A DNA stretch of 61,676 nt, filler included, from Hausera hauseri (taxonomy: Eukaryota): the NCBI GenBank assembly GCA_046269625.1. It is 11 parts of 11 records of this genome, joined end to end, with 100 filler letters (N's around TTAATTAATTAA, not from the genome) between each part and the next. Parts side by side here need not be neighbours in the genome. Positions count along the whole stretch, not along the records: positions 1 to 5,868 come from JBJURY010177305.1; positions 5,969 to 10,766 come from JBJURY010432805.1; 9 more parts are not named here. One strand, 5' to 3'. A program made the position numbers and the translations under genes. Positions 1-10,866 of this stretch are shown here, in pieces. Every line of letters starts with the position of its first letter. Positions within the stretch are counted from its first letter, which is position 1. The notes beneath the pieces are model-generated. The model was not told the DNA's origin and searched no databases. It saw only the letters and a list, made by a program, of their open reading frames with translations.

Positions 1-167
1 ATTGATTACTATTATTGATATGAAAATTCTTATTTCGAAAATGGATATTTGAAATAGCACTTAAATTTTGGAAATCCAAAATCCAAATATATAAGCAGAC
101 ACGAAAATCAAGCATTAAAACATTAATTGCCATTACATCTTAAAGATAATTCGCACCAGCGTATTCG

Positions 168-510
168 TCAGTTTCAACAATTCAAGTTTATCAATTACAA
201 ATTGGACACTCTGAAGACAGGGTCATCGAGATTACAAATCTTCAGAGAAGAAAACGTGCGCTATTGTAGCGTCCGCTGCGAAAAAAATTGAATCATATCG
301 GAAAACTGGACAAAGAATTCAGTGAGTACGATAAATTATTATTTCATCGATAGCAGGTTATCCATAAAGGAGAGAAGCTTCCAGATCAGAATTTCGCTGC
401 GGAATGTTGAAGAAGAAAATTCCAAAAACATCGGAAACTTGAATAATAATTCAGTGAGTACGATACGTTATCTTTTACAATTAGCAATAAACTTAACAAC
501 AAAGAAGAAT
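168..510 (+). repeat. Degenerate ~130-nt tandem repeat (2 clear copies plus 1 weak copy), each encoding SVSTI
   Basis: aattcagtgagtacgat occurs at ~316 and ~447, each preceded by tcggaaa. A weaker tcagtttcaacaatt occurs at ~168. Confidence 0.55.
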
Positions 511-584
511 CAGATTTAATTTTCGACGGTGGAGGATTGTTGGTGGGTTCCAGCACATTGTGTCATGTACAAGATTATTAATGA

Positions 585-1010
585 ATGTTTTGCGCGAAGA
601 AAGATCTTTTCAAGACGTTCCGGAAATTTATTGTCGAGGTGATATTTTACTTTCAGCGTCTAGTTTTATCCAGCAGAGTATTGCTGATATTGCTTCATGC
701 ACATATGTACGTTAAGTCTCCGCTTTGGCGTTGAGTTTTTTTCCAGCAGTTTCATGGTGATGTTTACTCCGTGTATGTGTACACGTCGAGGTATGAGAGG
801 AAAAATGAAAGGATTATTGGTGTTAGCAAGAAGCGAATGCCCGTGGAATTTCAGGATGAGAATTTAACTAAAATTTTTAGAAGTACTAGGAAGATTTACC
901 CAAGTAAAGATGAAAACATTAATTCGGAAGGTTATTTAAATGAAGTAATTAAAAGCAAATGCCGTTATTTTTCGTGTGCATTTTGTTATACAATAAATCT
1001 TAATAAATGA
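585..1010 (+). pseudogene. Degenerate HUH-endonuclease (Rep-like) domain related to the Rep at 37895; no helicase visible
   Basis: The frame of ORF 771..1010 extended upstream reads LLHAHMYVKSPLWR*VFFQQFHGDVYSVYVY. This aligns with HHLYFLFYLRNPMRL...IPFRGDVYAVYKY of the 37895 Rep. There is one in-frame TGA at 732. Confidence 0.55.
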
Positions 1011-3129
1011 AAATTGAATTATCTTTAATTTTTTTATCTTATTTGAATTAATGGTTTATCTTAGAATAATTTATATTGAAGATCAGAGGTTTTAACCATT
1101 CATGAATTGTCATTTTATATGGAATTTCTAGGCAATCAATTTGGTCGTTTCATCAGAAACCACACGTATTGTGAAATATTGATCATTTAATCGTCAATAA
1201 TAAGGAGAAAGAGCGCAGACAATTAACTTTGCCGTACCGTTCTCGAGCTCAACCGACCTTCAGATAATGCTTTTGAATTCGATTGTTGCCAAAACACCCA
1301 TGCAACACTGGGAGCTATTAATTAATCCTGCTCGACACGGGTCGACAAGCAATTTGTTTTGTGTTCACCGCAAACCTGAATAAAATTTCTATCATTCGTT
1401 ACAGGCACCAGATTGATGAGAGCGTTTATATATCATTGGACCAATGAAGCAACAGCGTTGACTTACATTATCACCGATAGTCGAACGAGCGTAACCAGTA
1501 TTCGAACGTGGCTAGGTAAATAGTGAGATCGAGAATCGATTACTATTAAGTAGCAGCGAATTAACTTTCTGCGGTTGTCAGTGCGGATCGCCTTCGGATG
1601 TGGGGTAGCAATTGTGTAGATAATACCGTCCTTGGGTACTAAAACTAATGTAACGATGACATTCATTCCTAGACCTGTCCATTCCTTTAAGAATGATAAT
1701 GCCACACGGCCTCCTATCTCGTGTACAGTTTCCACTAATGCTTTGCTACAACATAGCGGAAATTTTGTTGTAAACCCGCAATCTCGAAATCTGGCAGGTG
1801 TGGGTCTATGATCGAATCCAGGAAGGACCGCTCTGGTATCGTAATTGAGACGTTCCGGTTATAAAAATCAAAGTAGTCATGGTAACGACATAACACGTTC
1901 AATGAGTATGTTAAAGAGAAGTCTTACAATATTCACAAACGTCTATCGTTTTTCGGTTAATCACAAGCTCTTGCAATCGAATCATGGAAATAAAGTAGTT
2001 TCTTAAAATCACTATAGCAAAGTTGAAATCAGATATTATGGTTAGGGTAGACCCCAGGAAGGAACAATAATGAGAAAATATCCCACAGACGCAAGTGACC
2101 TTAGATTTCCTTTCCGACACTTCAAACTCGAGATGCCTACCTTCGACATATAAATTTTACACATACGGATTTAAATTCTACTGAAGATAGTGGCAGATAC
2201 GGTAGGAGGTAGCGAATCACGACGACAAAAAATGTCAGTGAATGATATGCAGAATATGAATGGATAAGTGTACCTGATGATGGAGTCTCCAATAGTAAGG
2301 TATGTATATGATCCTTGATATCCGCCGTTGTAATCACCAATGGATTATACTTACCATATTGAACGCCAAATATATATAATTATGTAAATGACAAAGTTGT
2401 AGTTATTATTGCAATTTATAACCTACGATAACCAATCCTAAATACTGTACTCTAATTTTTGCGTATAAGGGGATGTCTAACTGTAAAGAGCGGGATTATG
2501 ATCGAATGGATAGCAGGTGGGGCCTTAAATAATCGATTTCATAGATCAAAATGTCTAGAGGGACGGAGGCAAGTCGCTGTTAGTGTGCGAGAGAGGAGAA
2601 TCCGAGGTGATAAATTTGTAAATAGACGCAGACCGGTTTTAACCGTCGAACTGCATGAACTCAGCCTTTAGAATGACTAACAACGATGAGAAGAAATTGT
2701 TGCTCTTCAATAACTGAAGATATTTTATATGTTGATAGTGAATTCCAAAATCCAGACGATGATGAACATGGGATTTGTGGGAATTAACCATTAGTGGTTT
2801 AATAATTTTGTAGAAGACATGTCCAATATAAGTATGTGTTTGCTTATTTTCTTTTACCTTTGACCTGGTGCTAGCAAATGATAATGCATCATAACTTCTG
2901 ATGGAAACCATCGTTCACTATTGGATTTGTTAATTTCTTGAGTACATTACGTCCATTATAGGCAATCCCTAAATCGCAGGCTGATCTCGGTCACCGAACC
3001 GCCAGAACTCCGGCTTCAGATATAAGCTTAACCCTGATGAACTTGTATGTTGGTAGGATTCGTCAAATGATTTTGAAATTACTCCCCCCAAACGTCAAAA
3101 TCCGACAATATCAAAGTAAGTTTTCATCC

Positions 3130-3836
3130 ATAGGAAGCAAGGTGAAATCTAAAAAGTGCCAAGATGCTAAAAGAATTATAAACTTTTCAAAATCATAACA
3201 GTGACAGGAAGTTTACAACTGATCATTTTGTGCTAGAAGGTACGGTGAAAAGAACTGTGGATCGTGTGTTAACTCGGTACATTACTGAAGATAAAATCGA
3301 ATATTCATAAAATGCCGGTCCTAAACCATCTGTCTTAACCAAAAGAAGATTGAACACCATCAAGAAGCATTATATAAAAAACCCAAACATGTAGCGAAAG
3401 AAAAGTAGTCCACAAACACAAATTATCAAAAGGAAGTGTATATAATGCTAAAAAGAAGTTGAATATTGTCTGCAGGAAGAAGAAAGTAGCACCAAAATAT
3501 AGAAAAGATCAAAAACAACGTGCAGAAAGAGCACTTAGAAAGTTGTACAAATTTTCAATACCATCTTGTTGAAGGAAATTCTTTGTACTTGATGATGAAA
3601 CTTCCTGTCCAGCTGATCCATGTCAAATGCCTGGTAATGAATATTTTAATATTGTTGATGGTTCTCCAGTTGATATCAAGGCTCAACTAAGTCGAAAGGT
3701 GAAAATATTCGCCAAATTTATGGTTTGGCAGGCGATCGCTACGTAACCACGGGCACAACGAATGGAAACATATATTTAGAAGAATGCGTTAAAAAGAGAT
3801 TGGTTCCATTCATCAATAAATTTAAACAAAATCACT
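3130..3836 (+). mobile_element. IS630-Tc1-mariner transposase remnant (DD37D/E-like), frameshifted and truncated
   Basis: Translated fragments FVLDDETSCPADP, KFMVWQAI and NGNIYLEECVKKRLVPFI, with an upstream basic HTH-like region and multiple stops. Confidence 0.75.
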
Positions 3837-5045
3837 GTCGGAACCTAATCATCTAGTTGGGCAATCCGGCCAGTATTAGGACGTCTAAAGGGAATACAGA
3901 GTGTATATATGTATATATAAAATTATGTATATATAAAATTATATATATATAGTGTATATATAAATGTATGTGTGTTCATGTTGGTTGCACTGTGTGTACT
4001 GGTTGTTAAAAATCGGGTTGTTATAGGTTAAATTGTTGAAAGTGTGCAAATAATGAATGCATGACCTCTGGCGGGGTTCGGGAAACTGGAGAGCGAGGAT
4101 AATTATGTTCGTCGAGAGTTGAAGGTTATTTAGACGCTCTGCACAAAACCATTGTTTTTACAATCACATACAAAGAATAAATGAGACAATGAACCGGTCC
4201 TTACGAAACATGTCATTGCTTAACTTTTCCCCTGCTCTAGAAGAATCTAGAGATAACATGAAGTATAACAGACACTCTGTTGGTAGTTTAAGGGGAGAAT
4301 ATATTGGAAAATGTATAAAACTAATTCGGTAAACAAAACACTGAACGAATGAAGAAGTTGTACGACCAAGTCAAAGATTTCGGAGTGGAAATGTGCGAAT
4401 TGCAGGAGGAGCATATTCATGAACGACAAGAGAGCGAAGCTCAACAAGAGTGTTTGACGAAATGAAGTAAAGCTGAGTTGTTAATAGTTAAACAAAAGTT
4501 CTTAAAGAGTTCTATTGAGCCTGAGAAAAGTCAATTGACAGAAGGAAATTGAGCGTGTAAAATTATATGTTCATCAATCAGAAGAACTAGCAAGCTCACG
4601 GTGTATTATGCCAATTACAAATTAATTTCGGATTGGTAAGCAAAATCTGAAATTTCTGAATTATACTGCCTTGAACAAGAAGAAGAAATCATACAGGAGC
4701 TCAAAATCTCAGATTTTAAAAGAGGGTTTCAAGTTTTACAATCTGAAACTGTATAAAAACACAAATCTGTTGAATTTAGAAAGATACGGCATGTTTGACC
4801 AATGGGCATTGTCGTAATAAAAATAAATTAAACAGTTTTAGAATTATTTTATGAAAGGGTTGGTCATTATTGTTGTATTCTCTAAGAAATGAAATTCTTA
4901 TTGGTGGGAATATTGTTTTAGAAACGACAAAAATAAATGTTATTCCATGCATTTTTATTGATAAGTTGATTTGTTCCTGATATGTCCTTACAAACTAAAA
5001 CTCTTCATTTTTTTCCATGACTATATTATTTAATCTTTCCCACAG

Positions 5046-5545
5046 GCACATGGGAAGATAAATTTAAGCCTGATGGTAAAAAACCGTTCCATTTGTTGAA
5101 TGGATCCGTAAAGGATGTTGACATGATGACAAAGACTATGAAATACCGTTACTTAGAAAATTCTGAAATAGGATTTCAAGCAGTACAAATTCCCTTTAAA
5201 GATCTAAAGTATAGATAATATTTCTATTGTTGCGTTATTTTGGCTATTAGTTCGGAACAGTATTCGTTTATGGTCATTTTACCGACAAAGAAATGTGGTT
5301 TAAAAGAATTGGAGGATTCATTTTTGACGAAATCATGGTCATCGATTTTGGATTCTTCGTTGTTTCGATCTGAAAACATTCACTTGGTAATGCCGAAATT
5401 TCGGATTGAAGCGAAATTTGAATTGAAAAAAATGCTTGAAAAATTAGGAATGGCAACTGCGTTCAGTGGTGATGCTGACTTTTCATTGATGACGGGGAAT
5501 CGAGATTTAATGATTGACGATGTTATCCACAAGGCATTTATAGAG
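5046..5545 (+). CDS. Serpin (serine protease inhibitor), two internal exons 5046-5208 and 5251-5545; gene incomplete in this contig
   Basis: GTWEDKF...VDMM...FQAVQIPFK, then SFMVILP...MPKFRIE...LEKLGM..AFSGDADFS...VIHKAFIEV. A 42-nt GT-AG intron at 5209-5250 keeps frame, and the next donor GTTAGT is at 5546. Confidence 0.9.
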
Positions 5546-5868
5546 GTTAGTACTTGATCATTCTAGAGTCACTGTTGTTTCCCTGAAGCCGTGAGTTCTT
5601 GCGGCGGTATGAGCTAAAAAGATCCGGCGCCGTTCCTATGCCGATATCTTCCTTAAGAGTTAATGAGTCTATCATACAATAATTTATTTGACTACCGTTC
5701 TTTCAAGTTTATCACGAAATTATTTTGGCAATCTAAAATATCCCTTTTATTTCACATTCGTGTACCCTTGAATTAACTCTATCAAGAAATTTCAGTTATT
5801 ATTATTATTATTATTAATCATAAAAGAGAAAATATGAAAACCAGAAACTCATACATCAGTTATTAAAC

Positions 5869-5968
5869 NNNNNNNNNNNNNNNNNNNNNNNNNNNNNNNN
5901 NNNNNNNNNNNNTTAATTAATTAANNNNNNNNNNNNNNNNNNNNNNNNNNNNNNNNNNNNNNNNNNNN
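5869..5968. other. Artificial contig spacer (N44-TTAATTAATTAA-N44). It recurs at 10767, 15083, 19889, 28046, 32954, 37775, 44056, 48565 and 56485.
   Basis: Identical 100-nt N-flanked linker with stops in all six frames, seen ten times. Neighbouring contigs have no biological adjacency. Confidence 0.98.
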
Positions 5969-5970
5969 TT

Positions 5971-6075
<105 letters not shown>

Positions 6076-7519
6076 CTAATATTAACAAAATCGATTTGAT
6101 ATAAAATGCATACATACTCGGTGCATATACCAATAAATCACCGCAGCAGTGCTGATTTTTTTGGGCCAGAAAGGTAACATCTTAGTCCCAGAAAAAACAT
6201 TCGAAACATTGGACACAGAGTCACAAAACAGAATAGGGCAATCAAACTATATAAGTATCCCCAAAACAGTTGAAAATGAAAGTAAATATGCAAATGATAA
6301 AGCATCTGAACGACGTCCAGTCCTTACACCAGACGATAAAGAGCAATCAAAAAGAGTACGCAGAAGCCAATAAGCAAATCATAGTCACTTGATAACCGAT
6401 GTAATACTTTCTTATCTGGACGCAATGCAGAAGCGTACATAGATGAAACGTCCGTGTCCGTCAACCGGTCACTTTGTATAATAAACACGGTAGTATAACC
6501 ACTTCTATCGCAAGACGTAGTATGAGTTGTCAAATTTCAATACGTACAACCCCTTCCGGGATATTGGTGGATACCGCAATACACTTCTGTGTGACAATCA
6601 TGACGATAGACAGGTATCAGTTCGTCATGTTAGCAATGAAGAATTCTGAATTTTTTGCGTCATTGTTGACAAAACTGTCGTATTTGCCGTTGTTGGCGTA
6701 GCCGTCCTAGTTGGTGTTTCAACAGTTGTTGCAGGAGCTAAAGTTGTGGTCATATATAGAATTATTGAGCAATTTTTCAGCTTCGGATGACGACTTTTGA
6801 TAAATAATGAATGTTTGGTCGATAATACTTTGAATATAAGTGTACATATATTTTATTGTAACACAAATTATGAAGATTGGACTGTTTCATGGCCAAATTG
6901 TTTCATCTAGCCATTTTGATTCATCCATTTTAAATGAATTACAAGTTTTTGATGTAATCATGTTGTGCCATTTCGAGGCAAAGAATCGGGGCCTGCCTAT
7001 GTTCCCGACGCGTCGGTAGCGGAAACCCGGCCGTGCCCAACCGAATGGGCCAGAGGACGCCGGCCCCTTTGGGAACCACAATTATGATAAAATACTATAG
7101 CCGTCTATACAAGACTTTTACAATGTCCATAAACAGCACTTGTGCAATACACAACCCTCAGAATTGCCACAATACCATGAGGTGCTATTATGGATAAAAA
7201 TTCAATAGGATAATTTATTATATCTGCCCAGGATGTGACGCCGTATGTGACGGAGAATACATACAGTTTTATGAATATCACAAACACCATTTGACTCACT
7301 TCGCATCAAAGTCAAAGATCATCTTTAATGAACGTAAGCCACTTGCAGTTCCACAGCCAGATGCAGCAGTACAGCTAGATGCGGGACTAAAACGCGCATC
7401 AGACCCATCAAGCGCATCAGGCGTAGCGGCTCCATCAAAAAGCCAAAGACAGAGGCCAGTTGATAATAGGGATATGAAACTGGAATATGAAACTGAAGGC
7501 CACATACGTCAGTGTTGAT

Positions 7520-10500
7520 GGCGCAGAGTCCAAAAGGGCCTTCAAGACCAGAAATAGGCCCATTTTTGAAGCCACCAATATAGCAGAATGGCTGCATGAA
7601 GAGCATGCGAATCTGATCCGTAAGAGTAAGTAGAGCGGATGGACTCTGCCAACCATCAAGATATTGCTTGTGTATGTTCACAAGTACTCTTCTATGCGGG
7701 ATAGTTTATATATTCAGCTCCCTGATTGGATCGGTAATAAAAAGCATGTGTTAATGTCCTTAATGATGACAACAAGTGTTTCATGTATGCCATTTTATGG
7801 AAAGTCATACGGGATCAAAAACATGGAACAGTTTGAGTTTGGCTATATAGTGATCTGCTGCACAACTATGATTTCCAATGTATCACATTCCCGCCATCCA
7901 AAGACGAAGTCAAAAAATTCGGGCCAATCAACAATATATCCATTAATATCTTTGGATTGGATTATGAAGACAAATTCTATCCCCTGCCGATATGTGATGC
8001 TGAATTGGAAGATCATAGGGATCTGCTCCTACTAAACGATGGAGAAAAGAAACATTATGTTTGGATAAAGAAGTTTGAGCATCTAGTCAGATCCAAAATT
8101 ACGAATCATCATGGAAAAATTGAGATATGTAAGCGATACCTGTCGCATTTCAGTGCTGATACAGCAGTGGACAAGCCTGCAGAGCACAAGATGTACTGCA
8201 ACAACAATTACTGTATCAGGCCAGAATTTCCAAAGGAGGACTACGTTGAATTCAAGGAGTTAGAGAAGAAGCTCAAGGTTCCAATAGTTATCTATTTAGA
8301 CTTTGAAGCTATTTACAGCCGCACTCCCAGTCCTCAACATAGCAGCACAATGGCATACCAATATCATGAAGTCTCATATTATTTTATGTATGCCAAAGGA
8401 CTAGACAGTGAACCAATTCTATTCGGAGATCCAGGTGCAGTAGCACATATCATGAAGAGATTTGAAGACATGACTCATAAGCTTGAAAACATGCTTGAAA
8501 ACATGGCGCAAGGCAACAGCATGTTACTTGTTCGACAAGTCTTTCACCACAGAAAATTGAAAAGTCACTGATCACTGTTATTTTACAAGTGCATATCGAA
8601 GGGCAGCATGCAACAACTGTAATCGTCGCTGCAAAACATGCACATATAAGCCTGTTGTGTTCCATAATCTCAGTGGCTATGATTTCCATTTCATAGTCTG
8701 AGAAATAGACAACATTGATGGTAATAGAGATGTGATTCCATACAGCGAGGAAAAATACATAACATTTACGAAGCATATTGTCAAAATCCGGCTTCTTTTC
8801 ATAGACAGCTTTCGTTTCATATCGTCTTCACTGGACAGTTTAGTGAAGAACCTCCCTGCAGAAGAACTCAAGGCGACGAAATGATTCTTCCCCACTGCAT
8901 TTGATCTAGTCAAGAGGAAAGGCGTGATTCCTTATGACTATATAACTTCAAGGGAAACACAGGATGACATCTCATTGCCGACCAAGAAGAAATTTTACAA
9001 TATCTTCTTTGATTGTGATATCAGTGATTTTGACTACCAGCATGCCAAGAACGCCAGGCATGCATTCCAATGCCGAACAATAGGAAAATATTGTGATATA
9101 TACCTCAAGACGGACGTGCTGCTGCTGACAGATGTCTTTGAGAGTTTCAGGGATGTTACAATGAAGAGCCATGCATTGATCCAGCTCATTTATTTACGGC
9201 TCCGGCGGTGAGTTTAGCAGCAATGTTGCGCTATACTGGTATTATGTTGTAGATCATTATGTATTATGATATTATCATTATGATTGAAAGAAGCATAAGA
9301 GGTGGAATATGCCAGGCTATCCAGCGGTATAGTGAGGTCCATAACACGTATATGGCCCAGTATGGTGCGTCCAAGAATTTCTCATATATATCATACCTGG
9401 ATTCCAACAACTTGTATGGATGGGCAATGAGTGCCCCATTGCCATATGATAACTTCAAATGCGTCGCGAATACAGAAAACATCCCTATGCTGGACCTGGA
9501 CCCACTGGAGATACGGGCTACATACTGCACGTAGAGATGGAACATCCGGCTTCTATCCACGCAAGGCATCAACAGATGCCTTTCATCCCTGAGAGCAGGC
9601 CTCCGCCCCATGGAAAGCATCGAAAGCTGCTCTGTCATCTGGGTAATAGGGAGAGGTATGTAGTCCACTACATCAATCTCCAGCAGGCAGTTAGACATGG
9701 ACTTCGCATTACAAAGATCCATAGAGCACTGCAGTTCATGCAGTCCATGTGTCTGCAGTCGTACATAAATCTCAATACAAAGTTGCGGACTAATGCCAAG
9801 AACGTCTTTGAGAAAGACCAATTCAAACTATATAACAATACCGTTTTTCGAAAGACCGTGGAGAATATCCGCAAAAGGATCAACACCGAATTGGTACCTG
9901 AGTGGAAGCGGGCAAAGAAACTGATTGCCAAACCCAACTTCCATAGCAGCAATATATATGTTGAGGACTTAGTCAGCATCCATATGCGGAAAACAGCACT
10001 GGTATTCAACAAGTTCATATATGTGGGTGTTGCAATATTAGATCTATCAAAGACCCTAATGTGCAGATTCCATTACGATATAATGGTACCTAAATTCAAG
10101 TCAATGCCGATGATCTATATGGATACTGATAGCTTCATCTGTCAGATCCATGTAAAGGATATTTATGAGGACTTTGCCCAATTGGCTCAACACATGGATA
10201 CCTCGGACTACCCAAGGGAGCATCCCAACTATTTAATTGCCAACAAAAATGTCCTAGGGAAATTCAAAGACGAGGTGAATGGAGCAGTCATCTCACGATT
10301 TGTATCTCTCGGATCTAAAATGTATGCCCTAGACGTATGTGGCCAGATCAAAAGTAAAGCCAAGGGCGTGCAAAGGGCTACCTTAGTCAAGAAGATCAGT
10401 TTTCAGGACTATGTGACAGTTCTGTAGGAGCAGACTCACATCATTTCAGAAATGAGAAGGATCCAATCTAGGGATCATAACATCCAAACAGTAACTCTGC

Positions 10501-10580
10501 ATAATAAGACCTAGATTGGATGGATGACAAGAGGCAGATCCTGAGCGATGGAATCTATACACTACCTTACGGACATAGTC
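7520..10580 (+). pseudogene. Polinton/Maverick/adintovirus-type protein-primed family B DNA polymerase, fragmented
   Basis: ExoI YLDFEA, ExoII HNLSGYD, YLKTDV, PolA YLDSNNLYGWAM, PolB KLYNNTVF, PolC YMDTDS and C-terminal DDKR..DGIYTLPYGH. An endonuclease-VII-like DHC...AACNNCN insert is at ~8570-8625. Many frameshifts and stops. Confidence 0.92.
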
Positions 10581-10866
10581 ATTGTAAATATTGTTATTCA
10601 TTGTTATTTTTTGTTTAACAAATGTTGTACAGAAATATCGTGTTGTCTTCTTTATCAAGTAATGTGGGATATAGGATAAGGCCAAGAAATCTAAGTAACT
10701 ACTATATAGGTTAAGACCTACTAATTTCATAACACATTTATTTAGTAATAATATAGCTTTGACATANNNNNNNNNNNNNNNNNNNNNNNNNNNNNNNNNN
10801 NNNNNNNNNNTTAATTAATTAANNNNNNNNNNNNNNNNNNNNNNNNNNNNNNNNNNNNNNNNNNNN

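Noticed and set aside
3837-4210. Possible solo LTR (TGT...ACA with AATAAA) interrupting the Tc1 remnant
   Set aside because: No target-site duplication, PBS or second copy seen; too weak to call.
5869-5968. Recurrent TTAATTAATTAA flanked by Ns, resembling a regularly spaced repeat or piggyBac TTAA sites
   Set aside because: Artificial six-frame-stop contig linker. ORFs containing X runs are artefacts, and cross-contig gene neighbourhoods are meaningless.
9264-9821. Long antisense ORFs over PolB, gag and pol genes (e.g. 9264..9821, 15398..15844, 20661..21041)
   Set aside because: Shadow ORFs opposite real coding sequence, with no independent motifs.
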